Shown here: positions 46,012-55,459 of the stretch, piece by piece
Layout: each line of letters begins with the position of its first letter
How positions within the stretch are numbered: the first letter of the stretch is position 1
DNA from: Spirochaetia bacterium
GTDB lineage: Bacteria > Spirochaetota > Spirochaetia > CADAEX01
Assembly (NCBI GenBank): GCA_963668545.1
Contig: OY764868.1
Coordinates: forward strand, 2,011,130-2,075,129
DNA length: 64,000 nucleotides
Reading direction: 5' to 3'
Notes under the pieces: generated by a model
Databases searched by the model: none
Seen by the model: only the letters and a program-made list of their open reading frames with translations
Told to the model about the DNA's origin: nothing
Program-made: the position numbers and the translations under genes

Positions 46012-47076
46012 TCATTCCGGAAATCTGTCATGAATTTGCTCAAAAATATTTATATTATCAACAAAAACTTCGGTAATAAGGGGATCAAAAAAGGTACCGG
46101 ATGATTCCTTTATAATTGAAAGAGCTTTATCCCTGCTCATCGGGGGCTTATAAACCCGCTTTGAGAGAAGTGCGTCATAAACATCGGCAAGAGACATTAT
46201 TCTTGCTTCAAGAGGGATAGCTTCTCCGGAAAGCCCTGCAGGATATCCCCTCCCGTCCCACTTTTCATGATGGCTCATGCATATCCTGTGTGCCATGCGG
46301 AAAAGTTCATTATCACACTGTTCAAGCACTTTTTCGAAAGCTTCAGCCCCTGCTATTGTGTGTGTTTTCATTATTTCATATTCATCAGGGGTCAGCCTGC
46401 CGGGTTTGAGAAGAATCGCATCAGGTATTGCAACCTTTCCCACATCATGTAGAGGAGATACATGGTAGATCCCTTCTATAAAGCTCTGATTAATTCTGTC
46501 CCTGAAATCACTGTGATGAGACAGCTTGTCAGCCAGTACAACACAGTAGTTACGCGTTCTTTCAAGATGTGTCCCTGTTTCAGGGTCCCGAGAATCAGTC
46601 AGGTCAGCAATAGCGAACATCAGTGCCCTGTATGCCCCGAGAAGTTCATCAGAAGTTTTTCGTGTCATCTCTGAAAATCTCTTTGTCATGAACTTGGCAA
46701 CCTGCTGGGCAAAAATCGGGTCTTTGTCAAGGAGTATGCTGAAACTGCCGTTATCCAGCTGGAGACACTCGGTATTCTCAACTGCCACAACAGTGGCAGT
46801 ACGTGTTTCCTCAGTAAGCAGAGCCATTTCACCGAAAACATCAGGAGATTCCATAATACCCAGCTCCCTGTCTCCCCAGCCCATATTCCTCAGTACTGAA
46901 ACCCTGCCGCTCAGGATAACAAACATACTTGATCCAGTATCCCCTTCCCTGCATATAATGCTTCCAGTTTTGAACAGTACTCTTTTAAAATGACTGCTGA
47001 TAAGATCAAAGGAATCTTCATTTATATGTGAAAAAAGTTCACTCTTTTTAAGTACTTTATGAAAATCAATATCCAT
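46012..47076 (-). CDS. Cyclic-nucleotide-binding domain - HD-GYP phosphodiesterase
   Basis: 354-aa ORF. cNMP-binding motif (GSSMFVILSGRV..., FGEMALLTEETRTATVVA) followed by HD-GYP (HLERTRNY, PLHDVGKVAIPD, HHEKWDGRGYP). Confidence 0.85.
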   Translation of the reverse strand: MDIDFHKVLKKSELFSHINEDSFDLISSHFKRVLFKTGSIICREGDTGSSMFVILSGRVSVLRNMGWGDRELGIMESPDVFGEMALLTEETRTATVVAVENTECLQLDNGSFSILLDKDPIFAQQVAKFMTKRFSEMTRKTSDELLGAYRALMFAIADLTDSRDPETGTHLERTRNYCVVLADKLSHHSDFRDRINQSFIEGIYHVSPLHDVGKVAIPDAILLKPGRLTPDEYEIMKTHTIAGAEAFEKVLEQCDNELFRMAHRICMSHHEKWDGRGYPAGLSGEAIPLEARIMSLADVYDALLSKRVYKPPMSRDKALSIIKESSGTFFDPLITEVFVDNINIFEQIHDRFPE

Positions 47077-47351
47077 TTCCTGTATTTCTCCGTTTTCCGC
47101 AGCTTAAAGTATAGCTTATTTGGCAGATTTTTTTGCCATTTGTTTAAAATTTTTATTTATAAATTCCAGGAAATGATGCATTACGGAAATATTTGAATAA
47201 TATATCTTTTATGGGGTTTATAAGTATTATTAACAAATCAACAAAACCTGAAATATAAACATGTCTTTTTCAGTACAGGATTTAATTGATTTGATGAATT
47301 CACGATATGGTGATATCTTTAAACAGGCTAAAAAATCAGCAGTACTTTTAT

Positions 47352-48860
47352 ATGAAAAAAGAATACATTTTAATATTTTTATCAATCATAATACTCGCAT
47401 CCTGCACTCCTGTCCGCTACGGCTATATTGAAGCAGAAAAGCCTCTTTTACCCCTGTTTTCAGAAATCACAGAAAACAGCAGATTTCCCGAGCTTGCTGA
47501 AAATATCAGTTTCATTGAAAATACAGACAGGCAATATGCTAAAGCGCTGGAAAAAAATAATCTTCTTCAAATATCATTGTATTCAGCCTACAGTCATGAT
47601 ACAGCTGAAAACAATGAAAAAACAATAACTGCCATAATCAGAAAATCAGTTCATATACCTGTAACTGATTACAGAAATACTGAAACAAATGCCGGGGCTG
47701 ATGATGTTACAGGGGGAAAATACATAACAGAAGAACCGGAAAAAATTTCACTTCCTTTCAAGGGGCTGAGCTACGAAGGGAAATATCCTGACAGCAGCAG
47801 TTATTCCCTGTACCGGGAAACAAGAATAAAGGTATCTTTGCCTGATAAACTCCCTGAAAAGGCAAAAACTGCTTTGATGAACTGGATAGATGAAATCAGG
47901 ATAAAGGAAAATACGGTAAATGATACTTCTGAAGAAATAACATGGATAGGGGCTGTTGGGGATATCATGCCGGGAAGGGGTGTCCAGGATATCCTTATCA
48001 ATAATGAAAACGGCAGGGAAATAATCTTTTCAGACACCCTTACGATTCTCCGGGACTGCGACCTCCTCATGGGAAACCTTGAAGGTCCTGTGACTTTCCA
48101 CAAAACTGCTATAGATAAAGCATATAACTTCAAATTCAGGCATAAAGTCCTTGGGGAGCTGAAGGAAACAGGGTTTGACTATCTCTCGGCAGTGAACAAC
48201 CACTGCTATGATTTCGACCAGCAGGGTTTTCTGGATACCCTTTCAAACCTTGACAGATACAGCATAAAAACTTCAGGAGCAGGAAAAAACCTTGATGAAG
48301 CATTAACTCCGGCCTGTTTCAGTAAAGGGGGAACAGACTACAGGATACTTTCCCTTGCTGACTACCCTGCAGAGAAAGATAAATTCGAAGGAAGAAAAGA
48401 GACAGAGGCAGCAGATAATAAACCCGGTATACTCTGGCCTTCAGAATCTGTTTTTGATGCTGTGAAAAAGATGTCAGCAGAAAAGGGAGTGAGCATAGTA
48501 TCTGTCCACGGAGGATACGAGTGGCAGAACCAGCCTGCATTAAAGCAGAAAAGGCTTTACAGGAAACTTATTGATCTTGGAGCTGATATAGTTATAGGGA
48601 GCCATCCCCATGTTCTTCAGCCTGTTGAATCATGGAAAGGATCTCTTATTGTTTATTCTCTCGGCAACTTCGTATTTCCGGGAATGGATGAAACAGAATA
48701 CGGTGAGGAATCAATGATTCTTCATCTCGGCTTCAGAAGTAGCAAGCTTCTTTACATAAACTATATACCGGTAAATATTGACGGAAAATTCCTCTCAACA
48801 GATAAATCAGGAAATATTCTGAAGAGGTTTTCAGAACTGAACAGCAGTTTTTCTGATTAA
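47352..48860 (+). CDS. CapA-family (PGA_cap metallophosphatase-like) lipoprotein
   Basis: The track ORF starts at 47307. ATG 47352 gives the lipoprotein signal MKKEYILIFLSIIILASC. CapA motifs GAVGDIMPGRG, NLEGPVT, NNHCYDF, VSVHGGYEW, GSHPHVLQP, YSLGNFVF. Confidence 0.8.
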   Translation: MKKEYILIFLSIIILASCTPVRYGYIEAEKPLLPLFSEITENSRFPELAENISFIENTDRQYAKALEKNNLLQISLYSAYSHDTAENNEKTITAIIRKSVHIPVTDYRNTETNAGADDVTGGKYITEEPEKISLPFKGLSYEGKYPDSSSYSLYRETRIKVSLPDKLPEKAKTALMNWIDEIRIKENTVNDTSEEITWIGAVGDIMPGRGVQDILINNENGREIIFSDTLTILRDCDLLMGNLEGPVTFHKTAIDKAYNFKFRHKVLGELKETGFDYLSAVNNHCYDFDQQGFLDTLSNLDRYSIKTSGAGKNLDEALTPACFSKGGTDYRILSLADYPAEKDKFEGRKETEAADNKPGILWPSESVFDAVKKMSAEKGVSIVSVHGGYEWQNQPALKQKRLYRKLIDLGADIVIGSHPHVLQPVESWKGSLIVYSLGNFVFPGMDETEYGEESMILHLGFRSSKLLYINYIPVNIDGKFLSTDKSGNILKRFSELNSSFSD

Positions 48861-48876
48861 AACATGAATAATGTTT

Positions 48877-50118
48877 TTAAATTCTGTCTATTGCCTCAAG
48901 CCTTTCCATCAGAGCAGGGTGCGAGTAATGATAAAAGCTGTAAAGCGGATGGGGAGTGAGATTAGACAGGTTTTCACTTCCCAGTTTAAGCAGTGCCGAC
49001 TTGAGGCTTTCCTTCCTTTCAACAGATTCCACAGCAAATCTGTCAGCTTCATATTCATGCTTACGAGACCATGAAGTGAAAAGAGGATTCAGTATAAAGG
49101 TAAAAGGGGATGAACAGAGGCTGATGAGAATAAATATTCCGTAATAGCTGCTCCCTGAAAAACCGAATGCTTTAAAAAGCTGATCAAAGTTCAGCATCCT
49201 GTCAATGATAAAAAGTGTCAGCAGCATCATTATAAGTGAAACAAGTATCCTTTTTATCACATGCCTGAGCTTTTCATGCCCTATTTCATGTGCAAGGACA
49301 GCTTCAATCTCTTCAGGTTCAAGACTTTCGATCAGGGTATCATATAATACAATCCTTTTCAGTTTTCCGAATCCTGTAAAATATGCATTTGAATGTTTTG
49401 ACCTTCTGCTCCCGTCAACCCTGAATATACCCTTAATCAGGAAGGAAAGTTTTTCAGCAAGTTTATTCAGTCTTTCTCTGAGCTCCCCATCTTCAAGTGG
49501 TTCGAATTTGTTGAAAAGAGGCGCAATAACAACAGGATAAAGAAGTGTAAGTGCAATCTGGAAAAGAGAAACAAACAGGAATGCATAAATCCACCAGTAC
49601 GGACCTGTGCTGTCCATGAACCAGAACAGGACAAGAAGTACTGGAAAGCCTATTATTATACTGACAAGAGTTCCTTTTATCAGATCGGAAACAAAGAGTT
49701 TAACAGTCATTCTGTTAAAACCGTATTTCTGTTCAATTACAAAGCTTGAATAAAGTGAAAAAGGAATACTTGCAATACTGAATACAGCACTTACAGTGAA
49801 AATATATATAATCCATTTTAAATAATCTGCTGTATCAATGGAAATAATCATCTTTTCAAGAAAGCCGAATGCTCCTGACAGGATGAAAAACAGGAGAAAA
49901 ACAGATGAAAAAAGGGAAGAAACCATTGAAAACCTTGTTTTTTCAATAGTGTATTCTGCAGATTTCCTGTAGTTTTCTTCTGTTACAGTATTTTTAAAAT
50001 AATCAGGTACTTTGACGTGTTTTCTGATATTTTTAATATTGAGTATTTCAAGGTAATTTTCAAAGATAAATTCAGCAAAAAAGAAAGCTAAATATATTAT
50101 AAGTATTGTCATTTCCAC
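48877..50118 (-). CDS. M48-family zinc metalloprotease (Ste24/HtpX-like, multi-TM)
   Basis: 413-aa ORF with several TM helices, HEIGHEKLRH (HExxH) and a downstream EYEADRF glutamate motif. Confidence 0.88.
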   Translation of the reverse strand: MEMTILIIYLAFFFAEFIFENYLEILNIKNIRKHVKVPDYFKNTVTEENYRKSAEYTIEKTRFSMVSSLFSSVFLLFFILSGAFGFLEKMIISIDTADYLKWIIYIFTVSAVFSIASIPFSLYSSFVIEQKYGFNRMTVKLFVSDLIKGTLVSIIIGFPVLLVLFWFMDSTGPYWWIYAFLFVSLFQIALTLLYPVVIAPLFNKFEPLEDGELRERLNKLAEKLSFLIKGIFRVDGSRRSKHSNAYFTGFGKLKRIVLYDTLIESLEPEEIEAVLAHEIGHEKLRHVIKRILVSLIMMLLTLFIIDRMLNFDQLFKAFGFSGSSYYGIFILISLCSSPFTFILNPLFTSWSRKHEYEADRFAVESVERKESLKSALLKLGSENLSNLTPHPLYSFYHYSHPALMERLEAIDRI

Positions 50119-50169
50119 TTCTTGATAAATAAATTATGAATACAGATGCAGGGAATAATCCCTGTATCA

Positions 50170-50221
50170 CAAAAAATATCCCCCTGCAATAAAAAACGCT
50201 TTTCACATTGCAGGGGGATAT
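50170..50221 (-). terminator. Strong rho-independent terminator of the small zinc-ribbon gene
   Basis: 15-bp perfect stem ATATCCCCCTGCAAT / ATTGCAGGGGGATAT followed on the minus strand by TTTTTT. Confidence 0.8.
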
Positions 50222-50270
50222 CAGTTACGTAACATGTCTGTCCTTTGAACAGATCCCTATTAGATGTTTT

Positions 50271-50465
50271 TTAAAGAGCTGCAAGCTCTTTCTGCATTTT
50301 ACCGTGAGCTATAGCTGCCTTGCATTCCTTGCAGATTTTAAATTTTTTACCTTCTGCTTCATATTCATAAACAACCTTGATAGCTGTTCTTTTACAAACC
50401 GGGCAATCTCCTCTGCCGTTTTTTACAAGCTCCCGTACTCCGCTGCCTCTGTGTGCTTTAGACAT
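50271..50465 (-). CDS. Small basic zinc-ribbon protein (64 aa), function unknown
   Basis: MSKAHRGSGVRELVKNGRGDCPVCKRTAIKVVYEYEAEGKKFKICKECKAAIAHGKMQKELAAL. Two CxxC pairs. 15 Lys/Arg against 7 Asp/Glu. AAAGGAG 6 nt before the ATG. Has its own strong terminator. Confidence 0.65.
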   Translation of the reverse strand: MSKAHRGSGVRELVKNGRGDCPVCKRTAIKVVYEYEAEGKKFKICKECKAAIAHGKMQKELAAL

Positions 50466-50524
50466 AAGTTCTCCTTTACTGGTATGGATAACAATATATA
50501 TATCAGGTTATAAAATGTCAATTA

Positions 50525-51214
50525 TCAAATCTTTTCCAGGATATGATTAACAATTTCAGCTATCATTTCCGAAGATTTATGAAGAAATGAACCGAAATTC
50601 GAGGGCGCATTTCCATCCGCCCTGTCTGAAATAATCCTCACAAGAACAAAAGGTATATTGTTCATGCTTGATACAAAACCTACAGAAGCACCTTCCATTT
50701 CAACAGCATCTCCTCCGAGCTGTTCTGTAAAGAATTTTCTTCTTTCCTCAGACTTTTCAGAAATAAACTGGTCTCCTGTGAGTATCCTTCCCGCTTTCAG
50801 CTTTACACCCCTGCTTTCATAGGACATGGCAGCCTCAAAAAGAGCTTTATCTGCCTTCACAATCCTCATACCGGTATAGGGGATCTCTCCAATCCTGAAA
50901 CCAAGACTTGATGCGTCAAGATCATGCTGGAGACAGTCTTCTGAAACAACAATATCGCCAATCTCAAGTTCCGGATTTACAGCACCTGCAATACCGGCAA
51001 ATATTACAGCTTCAGGGCTGTAAATATCTATCAGTTTCTGAAGCACCATTGCAGACATGACCTTTCCAACCCCGGTCATCCCCACAAGGACTTTTTTCCC
51101 CTTCAGTAAACCTTCATAAAACGGAATACCAAAATAGCTGATACGTTCCTTATTTCTGATATCAACAGATATTTCAGAGACTTCTTCTTTCATTGCGCAC
51201 AGGACAAGAATCAT
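50525..51214 (-). CDS. mtnN: 5'-methylthioadenosine / S-adenosylhomocysteine nucleosidase
   Basis: 229-aa ORF: LVGMTGVGKV, FAGIAGA, VEMEGASV, RIISDRAD. Confidence 0.9.
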   Translation of the reverse strand: MILVLCAMKEEVSEISVDIRNKERISYFGIPFYEGLLKGKKVLVGMTGVGKVMSAMVLQKLIDIYSPEAVIFAGIAGAVNPELEIGDIVVSEDCLQHDLDASSLGFRIGEIPYTGMRIVKADKALFEAAMSYESRGVKLKAGRILTGDQFISEKSEERRKFFTEQLGGDAVEMEGASVGFVSSMNNIPFVLVRIISDRADGNAPSNFGSFLHKSSEMIAEIVNHILEKI

Positions 51215-51301
51215 TAAAACCTTCCAACTTCATCTTTTTATTACACCAACAGCCATGATATACTAAAAATCAATATTTTTCCAGATTAAAGGACACTGAA
51301 A

Positions 51302-52285
51302 TTGAACAGAACATTAATAGCTACTATGACTGCTCTTATTTCCCTTATAGTATTTTCCTCATGCAGGACTCAGACTGAACTTGCAGCAATTACACCCGGT
51401 AAAATTGATACTGAAGAAATATCGGTAAAACCTGACGAATCAGGAGCTGAAACCATGTATTTCTCGGAACTTGTAAAACAGGTTGAACCTGTAAGCTATC
51501 TGTCATGTTACGGTGAAATGATGACATTCAACACGGAAATTAATGATCCCGGCATTATCGGTATGAGTATGACTGAAAAAAACAAACTTATTACGTCAGA
51601 CAGAAGCGGTAACATAAATATTTACAGAAAATCATCCGGAAGATGGAAGCATTCAGAGAAAATGACTCTGTATGCAGAAGGAGTAAAATCATTCACTGCA
51701 TTCTCTGCAGATTCATCATTTATATGTCTTTATTCAGATCTGACAGATTCTCTTTATCTCTTTCCATATATGAAACAACCTTCAAAAATACTTAAACTCT
51801 ACACCTCTTACACATCCTTCAGCAGGGAAATTACCGATATTGATATGGAAGAAGGCTATATATATATTATTGATACAGAAAACAGGGTTTCAATAATTGA
51901 TTATAAGAAAGACAGGTTTGAAACAGAACTCTTTCTTGATTCAAGATTATCATTACGATCAATAGCAGTTATGCAGAATAAAGATACAAGCTCTCTGGCA
52001 GCTGTTTCTCCCGGATCAGACTTGATTCATATTTTTCCCATGTCAGAACAGTATCTGATGGTCAGGGAGAAAGGATTCATAAAGACGGCAGGAATCACTT
52101 CATTCAATTACGGGACCCATGTGCTTGTATCGGGAAACGGGGAAATTCTCTACGCTCTTGAAAGCAGCTCAGTGGATCTTTCAGATTTCACTAAAGGGGA
52201 GGCAACAGTAACAGGCAAAATTGACCCTGACTACCCTGTTGACGGAGGCCCTGAATTTCTTTCTGTTTCGGATGTGAGGAAATAA
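51302..52285 (+). CDS. Hypothetical lipoprotein
   Basis: 327-aa ORF with TTG start. Lipobox LIVFSSC. Beta-rich composition. No family recognised. Confidence 0.5.
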   Translation: MNRTLIATMTALISLIVFSSCRTQTELAAITPGKIDTEEISVKPDESGAETMYFSELVKQVEPVSYLSCYGEMMTFNTEINDPGIIGMSMTEKNKLITSDRSGNINIYRKSSGRWKHSEKMTLYAEGVKSFTAFSADSSFICLYSDLTDSLYLFPYMKQPSKILKLYTSYTSFSREITDIDMEEGYIYIIDTENRVSIIDYKKDRFETELFLDSRLSLRSIAVMQNKDTSSLAAVSPGSDLIHIFPMSEQYLMVREKGFIKTAGITSFNYGTHVLVSGNGEILYALESSSVDLSDFTKGEATVTGKIDPDYPVDGGPEFLSVSDVRK

Positions 52286-52317
52286 AACCTTTATCAGGAC
52301 AAAACCAGATTATATAC

Positions 52318-53148
52318 CTATTCAACAGATATATATTTTTCTGCAATTTTCTGGATAACCCCTTTTTCCTGTAGTCCCAGAATTATTTCATTGATTTCAT
52401 TCTTTATAATCTTTCTCGGGGAATTCCTGGAAAAAGCCATGTGATAATTAAAAACAGATACAGGTTTTTCTGCTTTCCTGATATTTTTTTTAAATTCATT
52501 ATTAATCCTGAATAATTCCGAAGCTGTTGACTGGTTCATAATAACCAGATCAACTCTGCCGGCATTCAGTTTTTGAAAATTCTGCAGATTCGATGTTACT
52601 TCATCAATATCAAGATTATACTCATTTACTGCTCTTGAAAAATCATCACTGTAATTTGTACCTCTTGTAATGCCAATTTTATAATTCTTGAAATCAATAT
52701 AACTGTTCCAGTTAAAATTACTTATTTTTGCTGATGAATAATAAACCATTTTCTTATCCTCAAAAAGAGGTACAGAATAATCAAGATATTTTTCACGTTC
52801 TTTACATTTGCTGATAACAGAGACAACATCATATTCACCTGTTTTAAGATAACTCAGCATCCTCTTTTGAGGGAACAGATCCATATTTATCCGGATATCT
52901 GTAGATGAGAATATTTCAGTCATAAGCTCAAATGCAAGACCTGTTTCAGCTTTACCGCTTTTTTCATAAGTAAAAGGTGGCCATGAAGCTTCTTCAGCTA
53001 TTCTTATAATCTTAATATCATCAGAAATATTCTGTGAAGATAAACCTGTATTGAGAAAAACCACCATAAATACAAATAAAAAAGATATTGTTTTACTGTT
53101 TAAATTTATTGATGTCACTGAAACAATTATATATCTTTTCTTTTTCAT
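52318..53148 (-). CDS. Family-3 solute-binding protein (amino-acid ABC-type SBP fold), orphan
   Basis: 276-aa ORF with signal/anchor. SBP_bac_3-like features (WPPFTY, KIGITRGTNY, GRVDLVIMN). No adjacent permease or ATPase genes. Confidence 0.7.
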   Translation of the reverse strand: MKKKRYIIVSVTSINLNSKTISFLFVFMVVFLNTGLSSQNISDDIKIIRIAEEASWPPFTYEKSGKAETGLAFELMTEIFSSTDIRINMDLFPQKRMLSYLKTGEYDVVSVISKCKEREKYLDYSVPLFEDKKMVYYSSAKISNFNWNSYIDFKNYKIGITRGTNYSDDFSRAVNEYNLDIDEVTSNLQNFQKLNAGRVDLVIMNQSTASELFRINNEFKKNIRKAEKPVSVFNYHMAFSRNSPRKIIKNEINEIILGLQEKGVIQKIAEKYISVE

Positions 53149-53181
53149 TTAAAAGATTCTTAAACATTGATTTTTTCTTTT

Positions 53182-54162
53182 TCAGTTTACTGCAGAATAC
53201 CCGCCCTTGCCTGTAAGATAATTAACAGCAGACTGGGCGCACTTTCTCTGAAGGTCAGCCTGTGATTCAGCAGAAAACCAGGCAGCATGGTCTGTCAAAA
53301 CAACATTATCAAGCTTCAGAAGTTCACTTCCCTCTTCAGGGGGTTCTTTTTCATATACATCCAGAGCTGCCCCCGCAAGTTTACCGGAGATCAGGGCTTC
53401 AACTAGAGCAGTTGTGTCTATTACCCCGCCCCTGGAAGCATTAATAAGAATAGCGCCAGTTTTAACCTTATCCAGCGAATCGCTGTTTATCATATGGGAA
53501 GTTGCCTCGTTAAGTGGAACATTGAGACTGATAAAATCTGATTCAGCAAGAAGCCCATCAAGTGATGTGAATACAGAATCAGTTCCGTCTGTCGAATGGG
53601 TATCAATAAGGTCTTTTTTCCTGTCGGCATTACGATCATGTATAAGAATCCTTGAAAATCCGAGTCCTGCAATCTTGCGGTGAAGAGCCTGTCCTGTTTT
53701 ACCGTACCCGATTATTCCGAAGACTTTACCGGATATCCGTCCTGCCCTGACTCCCCCCCTGATATTCCACTGTCCCTTACGGATAAGCCTGTCTCTTACA
53801 GCTACATTTCTTATACAGCTGAAAAAGAGGGCAAGAATATGCTCAGATACCTCTTCTGTGCAGTATTCAGGAACATTAAGCACCTTGATCCCTTTTTCTG
53901 AGGCATATTCAGCATCTACATTGTCAAAACCAATACCGTACCTGCAGACAACTCTGCACCTGTCAAGTTTATCAAGGAAAGCCCTGTCCATCCTGTATAG
54001 ATTTACCAGAATTGCATCAGCATTCCCGCATTCTCTTTCTATATATAAAGTATCACTGTATGACCTGATTTCTGTGACATCACAGTCAAGAGACTTAAGA
54101 ACATCCAGTTCAATTTTGTGGTCATCATACCTGTCTTCAAGAATTACAATTTTATATTTCAT
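53182..54162 (-). CDS. D-isomer-specific 2-hydroxyacid dehydrogenase family protein
   Basis: 326-aa ORF. NAD-binding GIIGYGKTGQALHRK. Catalytic region LINASRGGVID, ALDVYEKEP, LTDHAAW. Confidence 0.88.
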   Translation of the reverse strand: MKYKIVILEDRYDDHKIELDVLKSLDCDVTEIRSYSDTLYIERECGNADAILVNLYRMDRAFLDKLDRCRVVCRYGIGFDNVDAEYASEKGIKVLNVPEYCTEEVSEHILALFFSCIRNVAVRDRLIRKGQWNIRGGVRAGRISGKVFGIIGYGKTGQALHRKIAGLGFSRILIHDRNADRKKDLIDTHSTDGTDSVFTSLDGLLAESDFISLNVPLNEATSHMINSDSLDKVKTGAILINASRGGVIDTTALVEALISGKLAGAALDVYEKEPPEEGSELLKLDNVVLTDHAAWFSAESQADLQRKCAQSAVNYLTGKGGYSAVN

Positions 54163-54232
54163 AGGGAAAAAGATTAAATCATCATCTCCATATTTTCAAG
54201 CATGATTTCTTATTTGTATCTGAAAAACCGGG

Positions 54233-55459
54233 CTAAAACAGCTGCTCGAAAACATAGAGGTAATTATTGTCAGTCCCGAATATCAGCCATCTGCCGGAAA
54301 TTACAGGAGAGCCGAGTATTTCCCCGTCAATCTCTGTACTCCAGGCAACTTTGCCGTCTGCTGCATTTACAGCAGCAAGAACAGGTGCTCTGTCATTGTA
54401 AAGATCACCCCTCAGACCGATATAGATCCGGTTGCTTCCTATACATGGAGCAGACGAGACAGGAGAATCAAAGACTGTTTCCCAGGTCCTATGACCATCC
54501 TCAACCCTGAATGATTTAAGTGTCCTGTCACCGGGGGCATAGATCACATTACCTTTCCAAACAGCAGGAGCCATGTAATCAAGAAGATTTATATTTTCCC
54601 AGAATATATCTTCAGAACTCATTTCCATATATGAATCAAAATCTGAAAAATCACCCTGCTCCCATATGACATAACCGGTATCAATATCTAGAGCCAGGTA
54701 CTTGAAAACCATATAGTTTTCATAGAGTCCGCAGGCGGAAAAAAGCACCATGTTATCTGAAACAGAAGGAAATGAATACCACGAAAGGCTGTCCTCTGCG
54801 GTGGGAAACAGCCACTTGAATCTTTTTTCCCTTATGCTGTATGCGCCGAGGCTGTATGGTTCCTCGGCAGGGCCCGGCATGAAAAGGACAAGATCATTAT
54901 ATACCTGGAAACTGTTATACTGCCACATGTAGTTGGGAACTGTATCAAGCTCCTTTCCGTCACGTGAGAGAAAATGGGTAGCACCTGTATCAGTTGTCAG
55001 TATGATATAGTCGTTATAACCGATTATGGTTGAATTGACAGGGAAATAGGTATTGAAGCGCCAGACCTCATTTCCGTTTTTAATATCAGCAGCATAGACA
55101 AATCCGTCAGCAGAACCGAAATAAACCTTTTCCCCGTCAACATATGGAACTGAATTGACAGGAGCTCCTGTTTTAAACACCCATTTCATATATCCTGACT
55201 CTATATCAAGGGCATAGAAGTTGCTGTCTGATGATCCGAAAAAGAGTGTGTTCCTGTAAACTACAGGAGGATTGAAATGGCGTTCTCTTGCATCACCCTC
55301 CTGATATTTGAGTTTCCACTTGATACCGATCGGTGGAATAAATTTTTCGGGATAGTTACCCTTTCCCCCTTCCCCTCTGTATACTATCCTGTTGCGGCTT
55401 TCGCTGCATGACATGATGAGAATACTGAGGAATAACAGAAGATAAACTGCTTTTTTCAT
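54233..55459 (-). CDS. PQQ-like beta-propeller repeat lipoprotein
   Basis: 408-aa ORF. Lipobox ILIMSCS. Repeated pattern of the type FYALDIESGYMKWVF / VYAADIKNGNEVWRF / LAAVNAADGKVAWS. Confidence 0.8.
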   Translation of the reverse strand: MKKAVYLLLFLSILIMSCSESRNRIVYRGEGGKGNYPEKFIPPIGIKWKLKYQEGDARERHFNPPVVYRNTLFFGSSDSNFYALDIESGYMKWVFKTGAPVNSVPYVDGEKVYFGSADGFVYAADIKNGNEVWRFNTYFPVNSTIIGYNDYIILTTDTGATHFLSRDGKELDTVPNYMWQYNSFQVYNDLVLFMPGPAEEPYSLGAYSIREKRFKWLFPTAEDSLSWYSFPSVSDNMVLFSACGLYENYMVFKYLALDIDTGYVIWEQGDFSDFDSYMEMSSEDIFWENINLLDYMAPAVWKGNVIYAPGDRTLKSFRVEDGHRTWETVFDSPVSSAPCIGSNRIYIGLRGDLYNDRAPVLAAVNAADGKVAWSTEIDGEILGSPVISGRWLIFGTDNNYLYVFEQLF

